A DNA stretch of 62,787 nt, the filler included, from Asterionella formosa (taxonomy: Eukaryota): the NCBI GenBank assembly GCA_002256025.1. It is 18 parts of 18 records of this genome, joined end to end, with 100 filler letters (N's around TTAATTAATTAA, not from the genome) between each part and the next. Parts side by side here need not be neighbours in the genome. Positions count along the whole stretch, not along the records: positions 1 to 29,567 come from NKIB01000999.1; 17 more parts are not named here. The stretch is one strand, 5' to 3'. The notes beneath the pieces are model-generated. The model was not told where the DNA came from. It saw only the letters and a list, made by a program, of their open reading frames with translations, and made no database searches. The number at the start of each line of letters is the position of its first letter. Position 1 is the first letter of the stretch. Position numbers and translations under genes: made by a program. This document shows positions 12,620 to 22,138 of the stretch, in pieces.

Positions 12620-14230
12620 ATCACGTACTCAGTTCTGAACTACGACAAAGAGTTACAAATATTTGCGCCATTTAATTTTAACCATTTTGACTAATAACGT
12701 TGACTTTCACTTCATCATATTTTCTAATTTTCACATGAAGATTTTCTCCGTCAAATGGTGGCTTTTTACTCCATTTTTGACTCAATACTTTTCATTACTT
12801 TAGCTATGCCTGGCTTGTGCATATCAGAACACCAGGATATTCTTCTACAAATCCATCGATCACTTCAACTTCGCATCTGCTGTCAGGTTTTCCCTTGCAC
12901 CAACACAATGCTTTCACACAATCAAACACCCGCATCTGGTGATGGTTGCGGAACAGCGATTGTAGCAACAGTAAAAGCAAATAGGCGCATCAAGCAAGAA
13001 TCGTGGATTCTGGTTGCCTCACTGATTGGTTTCAATATATCTGGTAAGTAGCCCTGATATTTTTTTTGGCGATGTTGAGTCTCCTTGGTGCCTATACCAT
13101 CACACCAGCCATCTCAAATCTGTCTTGGACATGTGATCATCTGTTTTGTTTTGTTCCATCAAAGCTAGAACTTTCATTTTAAGGGTAGCAAATACTTTTG
13201 ACTTTTCACTTCTTTCTAATGTATCACATCATCCTGCCCTTTCTTCCATTCCTAAGTGGACAGCCAGCAGAATATTGGGTACAAGTGGAAATTTTTTAGC
13301 TGATGCTAGTAGACCAGCAGTGCTCGTCTTCTTGTCCTCATCAATGTGCGATTCTGTTGCTTCTTTTCAATTTATATCTTGCTCTTCCTGGTAAACTCCA
13401 TCTCTGGTCATCATATGCTATGCTTCTGTTGCTTCTTTCATTGTATCTTGCACCCTGGATTTAGTTTCAACTACCAAAGCAGAAATGATGGCTCCCTTGT
13501 TTGGCTGTCCTCCAAAAGTTGGGCTCAAAGATTTCTCATCAGCATTGTTTGTAATTCTCTCCCCAAACTCTCCACAGGTGAGTAAATCGATTACTTCACC
13601 AGCACCATTGTTTTCAGTCCCCTCCTTCTCTGTTAACTTACTCTCCGCCATCCTCTTCCTGAACTGCAAATAGCCTGTGAATGATTGCATGGATTGTCAT
13701 GGGCAACAATGAGAGTAGAAATTGTGTTCCATATTTACAGTCCTTTGTCGATGTGGTTGAAAGTGTGGTTGTTGTCGATATGGAAGGAGTAGCAGCCGCA
13801 GTAGCTAGCAGGAGCAGGAGCGCCCGCAGTAGGCTTAACTTCTAGCTGTGCCTGTTTCTTTCATTGATTTTTTACTTGATCAATTCTTAACCAAGCAAGT
13901 AAAAATTTCTGTTTAGCAAGGACAACTTCAGAGAGTGTGTCATTAGTCATTCTTCCAACATTGCTAGCTTTCTGACTTCAAGTTCTCTCACTAAGTTGTT
14001 TAGAATGATCTGTATGATTTGCTGTTCTTTGAAAGCTATCGTGCTCTTATTCTTTGCAGTCTGTGAGGCTTTGTTTTCTTAGTAGCTCCCAATTTCATGA
14101 TGAATTTGCGGGTGATTGTGTTGTGTTTCATTATAATATTTCATGTCACTTAGTTAAGGCACTCCAGGAATTTGCAGTTGACATTCTCCATTTTGAATGA
14201 CATTGATTTATTATGCCATGCAGGAGCATG
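12620..14230 (-). mobile_element. Degenerate pogo-like (DDE_1) DNA transposon relic; boundaries approximate
   Basis: The minus strand at 13090-13400 reads ..SHIDEDK.TSTAGLLASAKKFPLVPNILLA..TLKMKVLALMEQNK with stops, homologous to the C-terminus of ORF 57075-58055. 14165-14228 resembles 58822-58884 (CAGGAATT..TTGAC.TT.TCCATT..GAAT..TTTATTATG). Confidence 0.7.
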
Positions 14231-15513
14231 CTGCAACATGATGACATAGTTGCATATTAGTACTATGTACTGACAAACTTTTCTATTTGGACACTAAATT
14301 TATTTTCTAGCCAAAAGATATTACAATACTTGTATATGTATTAAAAAATGATGCCAGCTGAATGGAGTAAAAATAAATTTAGCTCGCTTTCTCATTGATA
14401 GCAACCTTTCTTTGGACTAAATATGGAAGTAACGCATGCTGGCTGATTGACAAGTTCAAAGCACAATCATTATCGGCTAGTAACATTGCTTGAATAATTA
14501 TATTCATATCTTGCATTGTTAGTGGGCGCGCTCTGATAATAAAAATTATTATATCATATGTGTATTATAACACAAATTATTCTGGGGATCTGCTACATAA
14601 TACTGTCCTTGCGCTCTGATAGAGTCTGTTGTTGCTCTTGTTGGTGACGGCGATGTTCAAGCAGCCTTGGAGAGGAAGGGAAGCCCTCCCTGGCTGCTCT
14701 CCTTTGACCAGAAGAAGATGAAGACATGGTCGAAATTTAAAAGCGATGATGATTGATGTATTGAGGAGGTTGATTGATATGTAACGATATGCATATGTAT
14801 ATGCATACCTATTTTGGCAAGAGTAAGCCATTTTGAGTATGAGCAAGCAAGTCTTGAAATATCCCGGGAAATTCTATATAGTCATTCATGACTTCATGAC
14901 TAAACATCTTTTTATATAATGCACTGTTAGTATTTATAACTGTAAAAAATTTGTGTTTTTTGTTGACCAAATTTGGGCAACACAAACACAAATTTTGGGG
15001 TTATGGGTACAACGATTGTGTTATGGTGATACACATCATATAATAATTTTTTATTATCAGAGCGAAACGTGAATTTACTCGATATACCATTGACACTCAG
15101 TTCAAAATCTTCCAAAAGGTGGTACCTGGTACTCCTGGAAGTACCTGGTACCTGCTATCTGGTGGTAGTACTTATCCAAGTCCAGCATTCCAGTTCCAGT
15201 GTTACGATTGGTTGTGATATACTGGTACTGCATATGTGTAGCTATACGTAGTTGTTGGCTGACTTCAGCCAACTTCAAGATTCCCTGCGCGCCGACACGA
15301 GAGAGAACACTCAATCATCAGCATCAGCCAGGGACGCGAGCAACGAGACGAAAAACATAAAATGGTCATCGTTACAAAAAAGTAAACTATCGGCATTCGT
15401 CGGCATCATCGGCATCCCACTATTAATTACCTGGTACAAACGAATATCTTCATGACAGCATAGCAATACCAGGGTACCATCATATTACTTACTAAATAAA
15501 TACAAGATCAATC

Positions 15514-16788
15514 ATGATAGGACGAGTACTCAAAGTAGTTGGTCTTGTCATTTTGGTGACACTGACTGTTGTGGTACAAGACGCAACAGCGTCGTGGGTG
15601 ACAACAGGTAGTACGCTGCCTCATGCGATTGTGACAAAACGAGTCCAGTCTGCTCGTTTTGCAACACAACCACAACCACAAGCAACAACAACCCCAACAA
15701 CTCCAACAACCACCACCACTAGAAGACAATGGGTCAAAGATTCTGCCGCCATCATGACAAGTGCTGCTTGGATTTGTCCCCAACCTGCTGCTGCTGCCAT
15801 GGTAGCGACTACTGCAACAAGAATCACCGAAGCACGAACCAAAACAACTGCGGCCACTTGTGATCCATCCGTATCTGTATGGAAGAATCCAGAAAGTAAA
15901 AGAAAGATATATATACTAGGGACAGCACATATATCAGACTCATCCGCACAATTGGCAGGAACATTGATTGACGATGTTCGACCAGATGCTGTTTTCTTAG
16001 AATTGGATGCCAAACGAGTGAACCGAGTTGCAACGACAACCAGTACTACTACCAAATCACCGTTGCCTACCAGAACAGCTGGTGGCAGAGAAGGAGGATT
16101 CGCCATTTCAGATGGACAATCAACTTCTATTGAAAATGGTCCAACTTCATCAGTAGCAACTGATTCAAAACCCATCACTCCTGCTAAAGGGATAAATCCC
16201 TTTGACTTTAAACAACGTTTCCTTGTGGCAGGGTCAGCCGCTGTTGGGACTGCCATTCAAGGTATGTACAAGAATCTGAACAAGTCGGGCTTTAATGCGG
16301 GGGAGGAATTTATTGTTGCTATTCGACAAGGTCAAAAGGTTGGAGCCACAATTGTTCTGGGTGACCGTGATGTTGAAGTTACACTCCAACGATTGACGCA
16401 AGCTCTGGCGAAAACAAACTTTGCAACCTTACTCCAACCAGACTCGGAACTTGAAAAGACTATGAACACCATCATGCCTTCACAGCCAATCCCAAATTCA
16501 GAAAATGAAAAGTTTAAGGAAGAAATGACTGTCTATGTGGAAACAATGAAGGCAAAGGAAAATGTGAAATTGCTAATGACACAACTTAAGCGAGCAGCAC
16601 CAGAGCTGTATGAAGCCTTGGTTGCTGAGCGCGATGCCTATATGGCCAATGGATTGGACAAGTTAGATGTATTCCCAACGATTGTGGCTGTTATGGGAAT
16701 CGCTCATGTAGATGGGGTAGAGTCAACTTTGAAGAGTCGAGGATGGGTCCCAGTGCCACTTACCTGTCCCAACATGTCACGACGATAG
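15514..16788 (+). CDS. TraB/PrgY/GumN (TIKI-related) family protein, predicted plastid, possibly thylakoid lumen
   Basis: IYILGTAHIS, PDAVFLELD..R, GEEFIVA, IVLGDRDVEVTLQRL, LVAERDAYMA and VAVMGIAHVDGV. N-terminal signal peptide ending ATA-S-W, a Thr-rich transit region, then RRQWV..hydrophobic..PAAAA. Confidence 0.88.
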   Translation: MIGRVLKVVGLVILVTLTVVVQDATASWVTTGSTLPHAIVTKRVQSARFATQPQPQATTTPTTPTTTTTRRQWVKDSAAIMTSAAWICPQPAAAAMVATTATRITEARTKTTAATCDPSVSVWKNPESKRKIYILGTAHISDSSAQLAGTLIDDVRPDAVFLELDAKRVNRVATTTSTTTKSPLPTRTAGGREGGFAISDGQSTSIENGPTSSVATDSKPITPAKGINPFDFKQRFLVAGSAAVGTAIQGMYKNLNKSGFNAGEEFIVAIRQGQKVGATIVLGDRDVEVTLQRLTQALAKTNFATLLQPDSELEKTMNTIMPSQPIPNSENEKFKEEMTVYVETMKAKENVKLLMTQLKRAAPELYEALVAERDAYMANGLDKLDVFPTIVAVMGIAHVDGVESTLKSRGWVPVPLTCPNMSRR

Positions 16789-18094
16789 AATTTGATTCCA
16801 TTCAGCTCAACAATCCCATGGGGCGATCGTGTGAACCAATTTTAAATGCAGTAGAAACATATATTTGCTGTTACTGTAACATGATGGATGGGCACGACAT
16901 TGTTTCTGCTTCTCGTGACTCGGTAGTGATTTAGGTGTCCTGCTAGAACTTTTTCTTCACTGTACATGTACAATAAAATAGTTCCTGCCTTGCAACATGC
17001 GATTGTCTATTCTTGTGATATTTCACCCTTGTATTCTTAAACTATACTTGTGATAGCAAAAATATGAAATAGAATCCATTAACCGTATTAGTCGTTGTCG
17101 ACAGAAACGCCCATGATGGCGGGATAGATAAGTGGTCATAAGTATGTATTGGCTGAGAGACTATAGGTAAATAGAGTTGACTATCGTACATGCAATACCG
17201 TAGAATACCTCACGGTATCATTCCTTCCTTTCTATTTATTATTAGTAGTATAGATAATATCCTTGCAATTACTTTTGCTGATGGAGAGATGTTGTGGGAA
17301 CGAAGCGATGAACTCCCACATTAGCGGACAATAGGCCTCGCTTGCTGGAAACCTTTGCTTGTTGCTCTTTGCTCGTCAAGGGCTCCAGGAATAATTAGAA
17401 AAATAATTTCACATTCCGCCATGAGTCCCGGTACCGGTATCAAATGTGGTCTTAATGGCTTTTATGTGCTGGCAGCCAGCATCGCTCCTGCGCTCGTTTT
17501 CGGGAAGGCAATGCTCCGTAACGTATCAGGACACAAATTCTCTTTGTACGAATCAAAATCCTCCTTGCTATGTACACCACGCTCAACAGTTTGCTATTCT
17601 TTTCTATATGTACTTACAGGTATAACTCGATTGCCTGTACTGCAATTATATACGTTATATTGCAACGGCAGTCTCTGTATGTGCGGAGACATCGTTTGTA
17701 TTTACAGATATATATACATATTCATGAATGAATATCACTACCAAACACTCCGCCAATCACAAGTAAAAATGAGTAACAGGGTACGGTACCATCATCAGCT
17801 GTACTCCCAGGCTGGGAGTGGGAGTCCCAGCTCCAAATAATAAAGCACATCATCATTGCCTATTGATCCCTACATGTTTACACGGCGGTGCCAATCATCG
17901 AGCATAAGAATACCTGTATGTATCCCGGTAACGTTGTAGAGACGACGCAATATTTATCAGACCAATAGTACTCGGCGGTATGTGGCTTATATAAAGTCAG
18001 CAAATCAAATATTATTTATCATTGGAGCTGCAAAAATAACAATAGAAGGGTCCTGATCTGATCTGATCAGAATTTGACCTGCCCTGTCCTGCTC

Positions 18095-21000
18095 ATGGCG
18101 CTATTGTTGGCCCTTGCAGTCTACCGCTACCACCAACAACAACAGCTTGACGCTGACGACAAGGACAGAGACAAGGTCGCCACTGCATTCTCTGGAAGCA
18201 TTCGGCAATCATCAACTGCCACAGATTCTACCGCCACTACTTTGTATTCCACGTATTCCACGGCTGATACGACAGCTACTGACTCGGCTACCATGCATAC
18301 AAAAGAAGCGAATCAAGAGATTCGAGCCGAATGGATCAATGCTGTCTTTGGACCAGACATTCTGCAGAACGGCCAGCCTCCTCCGCGACAGGGGGTTGGA
18401 CTGGCTCAAGTGCCGTGGTACGTTTCCTATCAATGCACCATTCCTCCAGCGCAAGGAGGCGATAAGGTGGGTGTAACTATTGCAAGAATAGCGCTGGGGC
18501 TATACGTCAAGGCAGTGGCCAAGAACTCGGCAGCGGGCTTTGCCGGGGTGCTGCCAGATTCTGTGTTGGTTTCGATCAATGGAATGGGCATGCTGGGAGA
18601 ACCCTTCAAGCAAGGCTGGGAGCGACTGAAACAATATGAAATGGAAGGCACTCCTGTAAAACTTGTTTTTATCAAGAACGGAACACTATACCACGTTTTG
18701 ATTCTCTCCAAACCGCCATTTGGAATTTCATGGGCGTCATGTGGAGATTTTGCCTTGGTGCAACGGTCATATTCCCATGCGGCTCAAGCGGGAGTCCTAC
18801 GAGGCTGCTTGGTCGCTGCGGTCAATGGCAAGTCACTCCGAACAATGGATCACGAAGATGCCGCGGCACGCCTGAGAGAATTGTTTATTGCGAATGAAAC
18901 CATTTCCATTTCGCTAGTTTACACCCCTGCTGCGTCGAGGACTGTTTATTATGACACGATGCACGAGCGAATATCGCCTCTCAAACCAGATGCACGAGCT
19001 CAACTCACTGAGTACAGCATGGCAAAAATGTTTATTTGCGGGTCAACTACTACTGGGAGTGAACCGCCGAGTCAACGACTGGAACGTGGTGGGGCGGCTT
19101 CTAACCTGTTGAACGATGCTTCGAGCTTATCGCCAAGATATAGTCCTTGTCCGGCCTTGGAAGAATGGCTGACTAGTTGGAATCTGATTGAAGCGCTTGT
19201 ATTTCTACTTCAAGCGGCGAAGAGCGGATACGACGAGGACATATTGTCGGATAACATCACCAAGTCAAGGCAATCAACTGCCTTGGCGACGCTTCAAAAC
19301 ATGATGGAGGAGGAAGATGCCTGGAAATTAGCCAACAAATTCTTGTTGCAATGGGTTAGCATCTTGTGCAATTCAGATGAGACCGATGATAAGGAATTAG
19401 CATCTATTCTATTGACACTGTCAAGGAGAGACGAAGCTTTTTGTCAGCGATTATACTTCCTACTACGATCTTACACCGCCACCTTGGAAGGTCACCGGTC
19501 AAAACAAGTTGATAACTCACGCAATTTATTGACTCTCCTTCAAGCTCTGGATAGATTACGATACGCTCAGAAGCAGTTGACGTCACAGCTGACATCTTCA
19601 GTAGTGGAAGTGGCAACTCCAACGAGCGAAGCAGAAAGTGTCTCCGCTACTACATCGACCAGCACAAATCCATCTCCAGAAACAGCACCTCAGCCAAAGA
19701 AATCGAAAAAATTTCGTATGTTTCGAAAAAAGGACAAGATGCGCAAGCAAGACATTTCACTAGCCATGGTACAGGAACCTTCAAAATCAGCGTCGTTGAA
19801 AAAGCTAACTATTGAAATGGAATATATATCTGTGCCCTTTTTGTTGGAAAACATGACGCGCTTCCTGACAGATCTTGATGGAATTTGTGATGACATTGAA
19901 CGTTCATTGCTAAAGTCATTTTCTCAAAAGATTGCTGATTGGGCCCTGCAACCTTGGTCCGCCAGTAAGGGGACAGCCTTGGCAAAAGTAGCGGCAGGTA
20001 TGCGTAGTGGACTGTTACGAGCCACTGACGATGGCTTGCCGCTCGTGAATCCATTGGATGCATCGGAAGTGTTTGTATCGTTAAGGGAGTCCGAGTGCTT
20101 CATCCTTCCCAGTGCACACTTTCCACTGCTTTTGACGTTTGATGTCAAGAATAATGAATCGGCATCGCCGAAAGCGATGAAGGGTGAACAAGTCTACCGG
20201 ACTCGCGTGGAAATCATTGCGTTGAGGGGTGGTCCCTCGTCAATCGCTGGCAATCGGGCCTATACAGTCCAAGCAGCGGTGGGTGGTGTCATAGAAGAAT
20301 CGGGGAAAAGCTCGGGAGTGGAATCCCACGGATGGGATGCTGGGACACTGACGTTTGAAACTCGTTCCTCGTGGGGCGCCCCTAAGACGTTGAGTCTGCG
20401 ATTGTCATCTGTTGAACTCGACCAACAGGGTCAAGAGCAATTGCTTCATACAGATCAAAATGGAAAGTTGTATTACTCAGCAGAGGAGGGATATTGTTGG
20501 GTGGATATGTCGCCTATGTGGAAGGAAGGGAATAGTACGACGGTTAGCTTCAGTTCTCAAATCTGGTCGTTGGAAACCACTGAGGCGTTTGACCAGCACG
20601 GATACCTTATGGAGGGTTTGTCCCTTGTACCCGAAAGATTGGAACTTGATTTGAGAATTACAACGGAGGTGGTCGCGTTTAGCGACTCGTTATGTCGTTC
20701 CAGAACGCTCCTCTACAAACACGACGACGACGTCCGCCAGGAAATGTTTGCCATTCAATTTATTGATACTTGTGATTTACTCCTGAAGGCATCTGGTCTT
20801 GACTTAAAGCTGTTGACTTTCCGGTGTATTGCTGTTGGTGCCAAGCGCGGTTTCATTGAATGGGTTCCAGGCAGCGTGCCTCTCAGCGACATTTGCCAGC
20901 CAGATTCTATCCCTGCAAGACGAGTTATCGACGATGATGGAGCGGACAAGTTGGTCCGCCAAGGGACTATTTCTCAAGTGGCCAAAGCTGGACTGGTGAA

Positions 21001-21640
21001 GTACCAATCTTTATATCAAGCAGAATCGGTCCGAAAAAAGGGACGACACAACTCCCTTGCTAACAATCCGATTCAAGATTTCCTTCGAAGCGTGGCCTAT
21101 AATGAGGACGCGCCTTACCTTATTCGCCGTGAAGTTATGGATACTTACGTAAAGAGTTGCGCCGGATACTGCGTTCTGACATACCTACTTGGAGTTGGTG
21201 ATCGACATCTTGATAATCTCCTCCTTCACCACAGTGGCAACTTCTTTCACTGTGACTACTCTTTTATTCTCGGCAACGACCCTAAGACATACTTGCCTAT
21301 GAGAATCACTGAGGATATGGTGAATGGTATGGGAGGACGTGACAGCGACAATTATGCCAAATTCCTCTCAATGGCTGGGGCATCTTTTGTTACCCTCCGA
21401 CACCATGCGAATGCTCGAGTCATTTTATCCTTAATCCGCTTGATGGTGCCGTCGGCCTTACCGGACGTTTCTGTGAACCAGAATGCAGACCTAGTTGTAT
21501 CTGCCGTGAGAGACCGGCTCCATTTGGATCTCTCTGATGATAAAGCAATTGCTTACATAGAAGGTCTTATTGAAAACAGTATTGCCTCGAAAATGTGGCT
21601 TGCTGTGGATGTCATCCATAGACTGGGAAAACGATTCTAA
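18095..21640 (+). CDS. Phosphatidylinositol 3-/4-kinase family protein (Vps34-like catalytic domain) with two N-terminal PDZ-like domains; true start uncertain
   Basis: YKHDDDVRQE, LKASGLDLKL, GFIEWV, YVKSCAGYCVLTYLLGVGDRHLDNLLL and FFHCDYSFILGNDPK. PDZ-like VGVTIARIALGLYVKAVAKNSAAGFAGV..INGM and PFGISW..AAQAGV..VNGKSLRTMDH. Confidence 0.85.
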   Translation: MALLLALAVYRYHQQQQLDADDKDRDKVATAFSGSIRQSSTATDSTATTLYSTYSTADTTATDSATMHTKEANQEIRAEWINAVFGPDILQNGQPPPRQGVGLAQVPWYVSYQCTIPPAQGGDKVGVTIARIALGLYVKAVAKNSAAGFAGVLPDSVLVSINGMGMLGEPFKQGWERLKQYEMEGTPVKLVFIKNGTLYHVLILSKPPFGISWASCGDFALVQRSYSHAAQAGVLRGCLVAAVNGKSLRTMDHEDAAARLRELFIANETISISLVYTPAASRTVYYDTMHERISPLKPDARAQLTEYSMAKMFICGSTTTGSEPPSQRLERGGAASNLLNDASSLSPRYSPCPALEEWLTSWNLIEALVFLLQAAKSGYDEDILSDNITKSRQSTALATLQNMMEEEDAWKLANKFLLQWVSILCNSDETDDKELASILLTLSRRDEAFCQRLYFLLRSYTATLEGHRSKQVDNSRNLLTLLQALDRLRYAQKQLTSQLTSSVVEVATPTSEAESVSATTSTSTNPSPETAPQPKKSKKFRMFRKKDKMRKQDISLAMVQEPSKSASLKKLTIEMEYISVPFLLENMTRFLTDLDGICDDIERSLLKSFSQKIADWALQPWSASKGTALAKVAAGMRSGLLRATDDGLPLVNPLDASEVFVSLRESECFILPSAHFPLLLTFDVKNNESASPKAMKGEQVYRTRVEIIALRGGPSSIAGNRAYTVQAAVGGVIEESGKSSGVESHGWDAGTLTFETRSSWGAPKTLSLRLSSVELDQQGQEQLLHTDQNGKLYYSAEEGYCWVDMSPMWKEGNSTTVSFSSQIWSLETTEAFDQHGYLMEGLSLVPERLELDLRITTEVVAFSDSLCRSRTLLYKHDDDVRQEMFAIQFIDTCDLLLKASGLDLKLLTFRCIAVGAKRGFIEWVPGSVPLSDICQPDSIPARRVIDDDGADKLVRQGTISQVAKAGLVKYQSLYQAESVRKKGRHNSLANNPIQDFLRSVAYNEDAPYLIRREVMDTYVKSCAGYCVLTYLLGVGDRHLDNLLLHHSGNFFHCDYSFILGNDPKTYLPMRITEDMVNGMGGRDSDNYAKFLSMAGASFVTLRHHANARVILSLIRLMVPSALPDVSVNQNADLVVSAVRDRLHLDLSDDKAIAYIEGLIENSIASKMWLAVDVIHRLGKRF

Positions 21641-22138
21641 GATGATAAATCGCCACGATTTATTCTATAGACATAAAACATAGATGTACTTGCACTCGAC
21701 TTAGAGAGAATTTCTAGAAGCGCATTCTGGGCGGACTTACGATTCCTGATTTCAATTTGCTTGCACCTTGGAGTAAGAGAAATTAGTCACGGAAGCCGAA
21801 GCAAAGGTGAGGTTGTATCGTATAACGCGATTTTCTTTATTCTGTATCTCATTGGCGTCACAACGGACATGAAACAAATGGAATACTGGTAGTGCGTTTT
21901 GGGCCAAAGAGTCGACTCACTAAGAAACGGAATAATACATTTACGTTGATACATGGACCAGCCAAAGGATACAAGAAAATAACACAGCAACATGTAAATG
22001 TCAATAATGCTGATGGCTACGTTTAAAATAAACCAAAACTCGACGTTTCTGCTCTTTCAATGCTCCGCATATAACCAGAGAGCTTCGTCCTTGAAAGCAA
22101 GTACCGCTAAGATTAGAGGTAAACATGCAAAAAAGCCA

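Noticed and set aside
17355..17840. 161-aa ORF upstream of the lipid kinase
   Set aside because: Non-ATG start, includes AT-rich low-complexity sequence and has no motif. A small upstream exon cannot be excluded.
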